From Nitrospirota bacterium (lineage in GTDB: Bacteria > Nitrospirota > UBA9217): a DNA stretch of 27,646 nt. The notes under the pieces were generated by a model. It had not been told where the DNA came from, did not search any database, and saw only the letters and a program-made list of their open reading frames with translations. The DNA lies in the NCBI GenBank assembly GCA_031427195.1, contig JANPMZ010000239.1:1-27646 (forward strand), given 5' to 3'. Positions within the stretch are counted from its first letter, which is position 1. Every line of letters starts with the position of its first letter. Below are positions 27,187 through 27,646 of this stretch, piece by piece. The translations under genes were made by a program, and so were the position numbers.

Positions 27187-27492
27187 TTAGAGCTTGATCT
27201 CAACGTCTACACCTGCCGCCAAGTCAAGCTTCATCAGAGCATCGACCGTCTGGGGAGTCGGATCCAGGATGTCAAGTAAACGCTTGTGCGTCCTGATCTC
27301 AAACTGTTCTCGCGACTTCTTATCCACGTGCGGGGAACGAAGAACGGTCCAGCGATTGATACTGGTCGGCAGCGGTATAGGTCCTGCCACCTTTGCGCCG
27401 GTTCTTTTGGCCGTATCAATAATCTCTACTGCCGACTGGTCCAGCAGACGGTGGTCATATCCTTTTAATCGTATCCTGATCTTCTGCGTCAC
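27187..27492 (-). CDS. rpsJ: 30S ribosomal protein uS10
   Basis: GTG start; [17 protein letters not shown] and [14 protein letters not shown]. Confidence 0.98.
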   Translation of the reverse strand: MTQKIRIRLKGYDHRLLDQSAVEIIDTAKRTGAKVAGPIPLPTSINRWTVLRSPHVDKKSREQFEIRTHKRLLDILDPTPQTVDALMKLDLAAGVDVEIKL

Positions 27493-27506
27493 GGCGTATC
27501 CTTCCC

Positions 27507-27646
27507 TTACTCGATAACTTCGGTAATAACTCCGGCGCCCACGGTCCTGCCGCCTTCGCGGATGGCGAACCGGAGCCCCTTATCCATGGCGATCGGCCCG
27601 ATGAGCTCAACGCTGCAGGTCATATTGTCGCCCGGCATCACCATCT
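27507..27646 (-). CDS. tuf: Elongation factor Tu, 3' end (cut by the window edge; not in the ORF track)
   Basis: Manual translation ...[45 protein letters not shown]. Confidence 0.97.
   Translation of the reverse strand, partial: MVMPGDNMTCSVELIGPIAMDKGLRFAIREGGRTVGAGVITEVIE

Overview
Intact bacterial chromosomal window with two parts. (1) 12397-27646, minus strand: the 3' end of tuf followed by the S10-spc-alpha ribosomal superoperon (rpsJ to rplQ, with secY, map, infA, rpmJ, rpoA), closed by a strong intrinsic terminator at 12313-12345. adk is absent from its usual place between secY and map, and uL5 carries a ~60-aa Lys/Ala-rich N-terminal extension. The protein sequences look Nitrospirota/Desulfobacterota-like (my impression, not a computed assignment). 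(2) 1-12300, accessory region: a split alpha/beta ADP-forming acyl-CoA synthetase on the plus strand converges on a minus-strand run of two paralogous sensor kinases, a REC-GAF-HD-GYP regulator, radC, an amidohydrolase, pfkA, a membrane metallophosphoesterase and a lipoprotein. The most notable system is the signalling module at 6972-12258. Its second kinase has a periplasmic CxxCH heme-c motif and Tyr in place of the phospho-acceptor His, while its paralog keeps the His. This suggests a heme-sensing pseudokinase/kinase pair controlling c-di-GMP breakdown. Two REP-like inverted repeats and several structured intergenic spacers were also seen. No rRNA, tRNA, CRISPR array or transposase was found.
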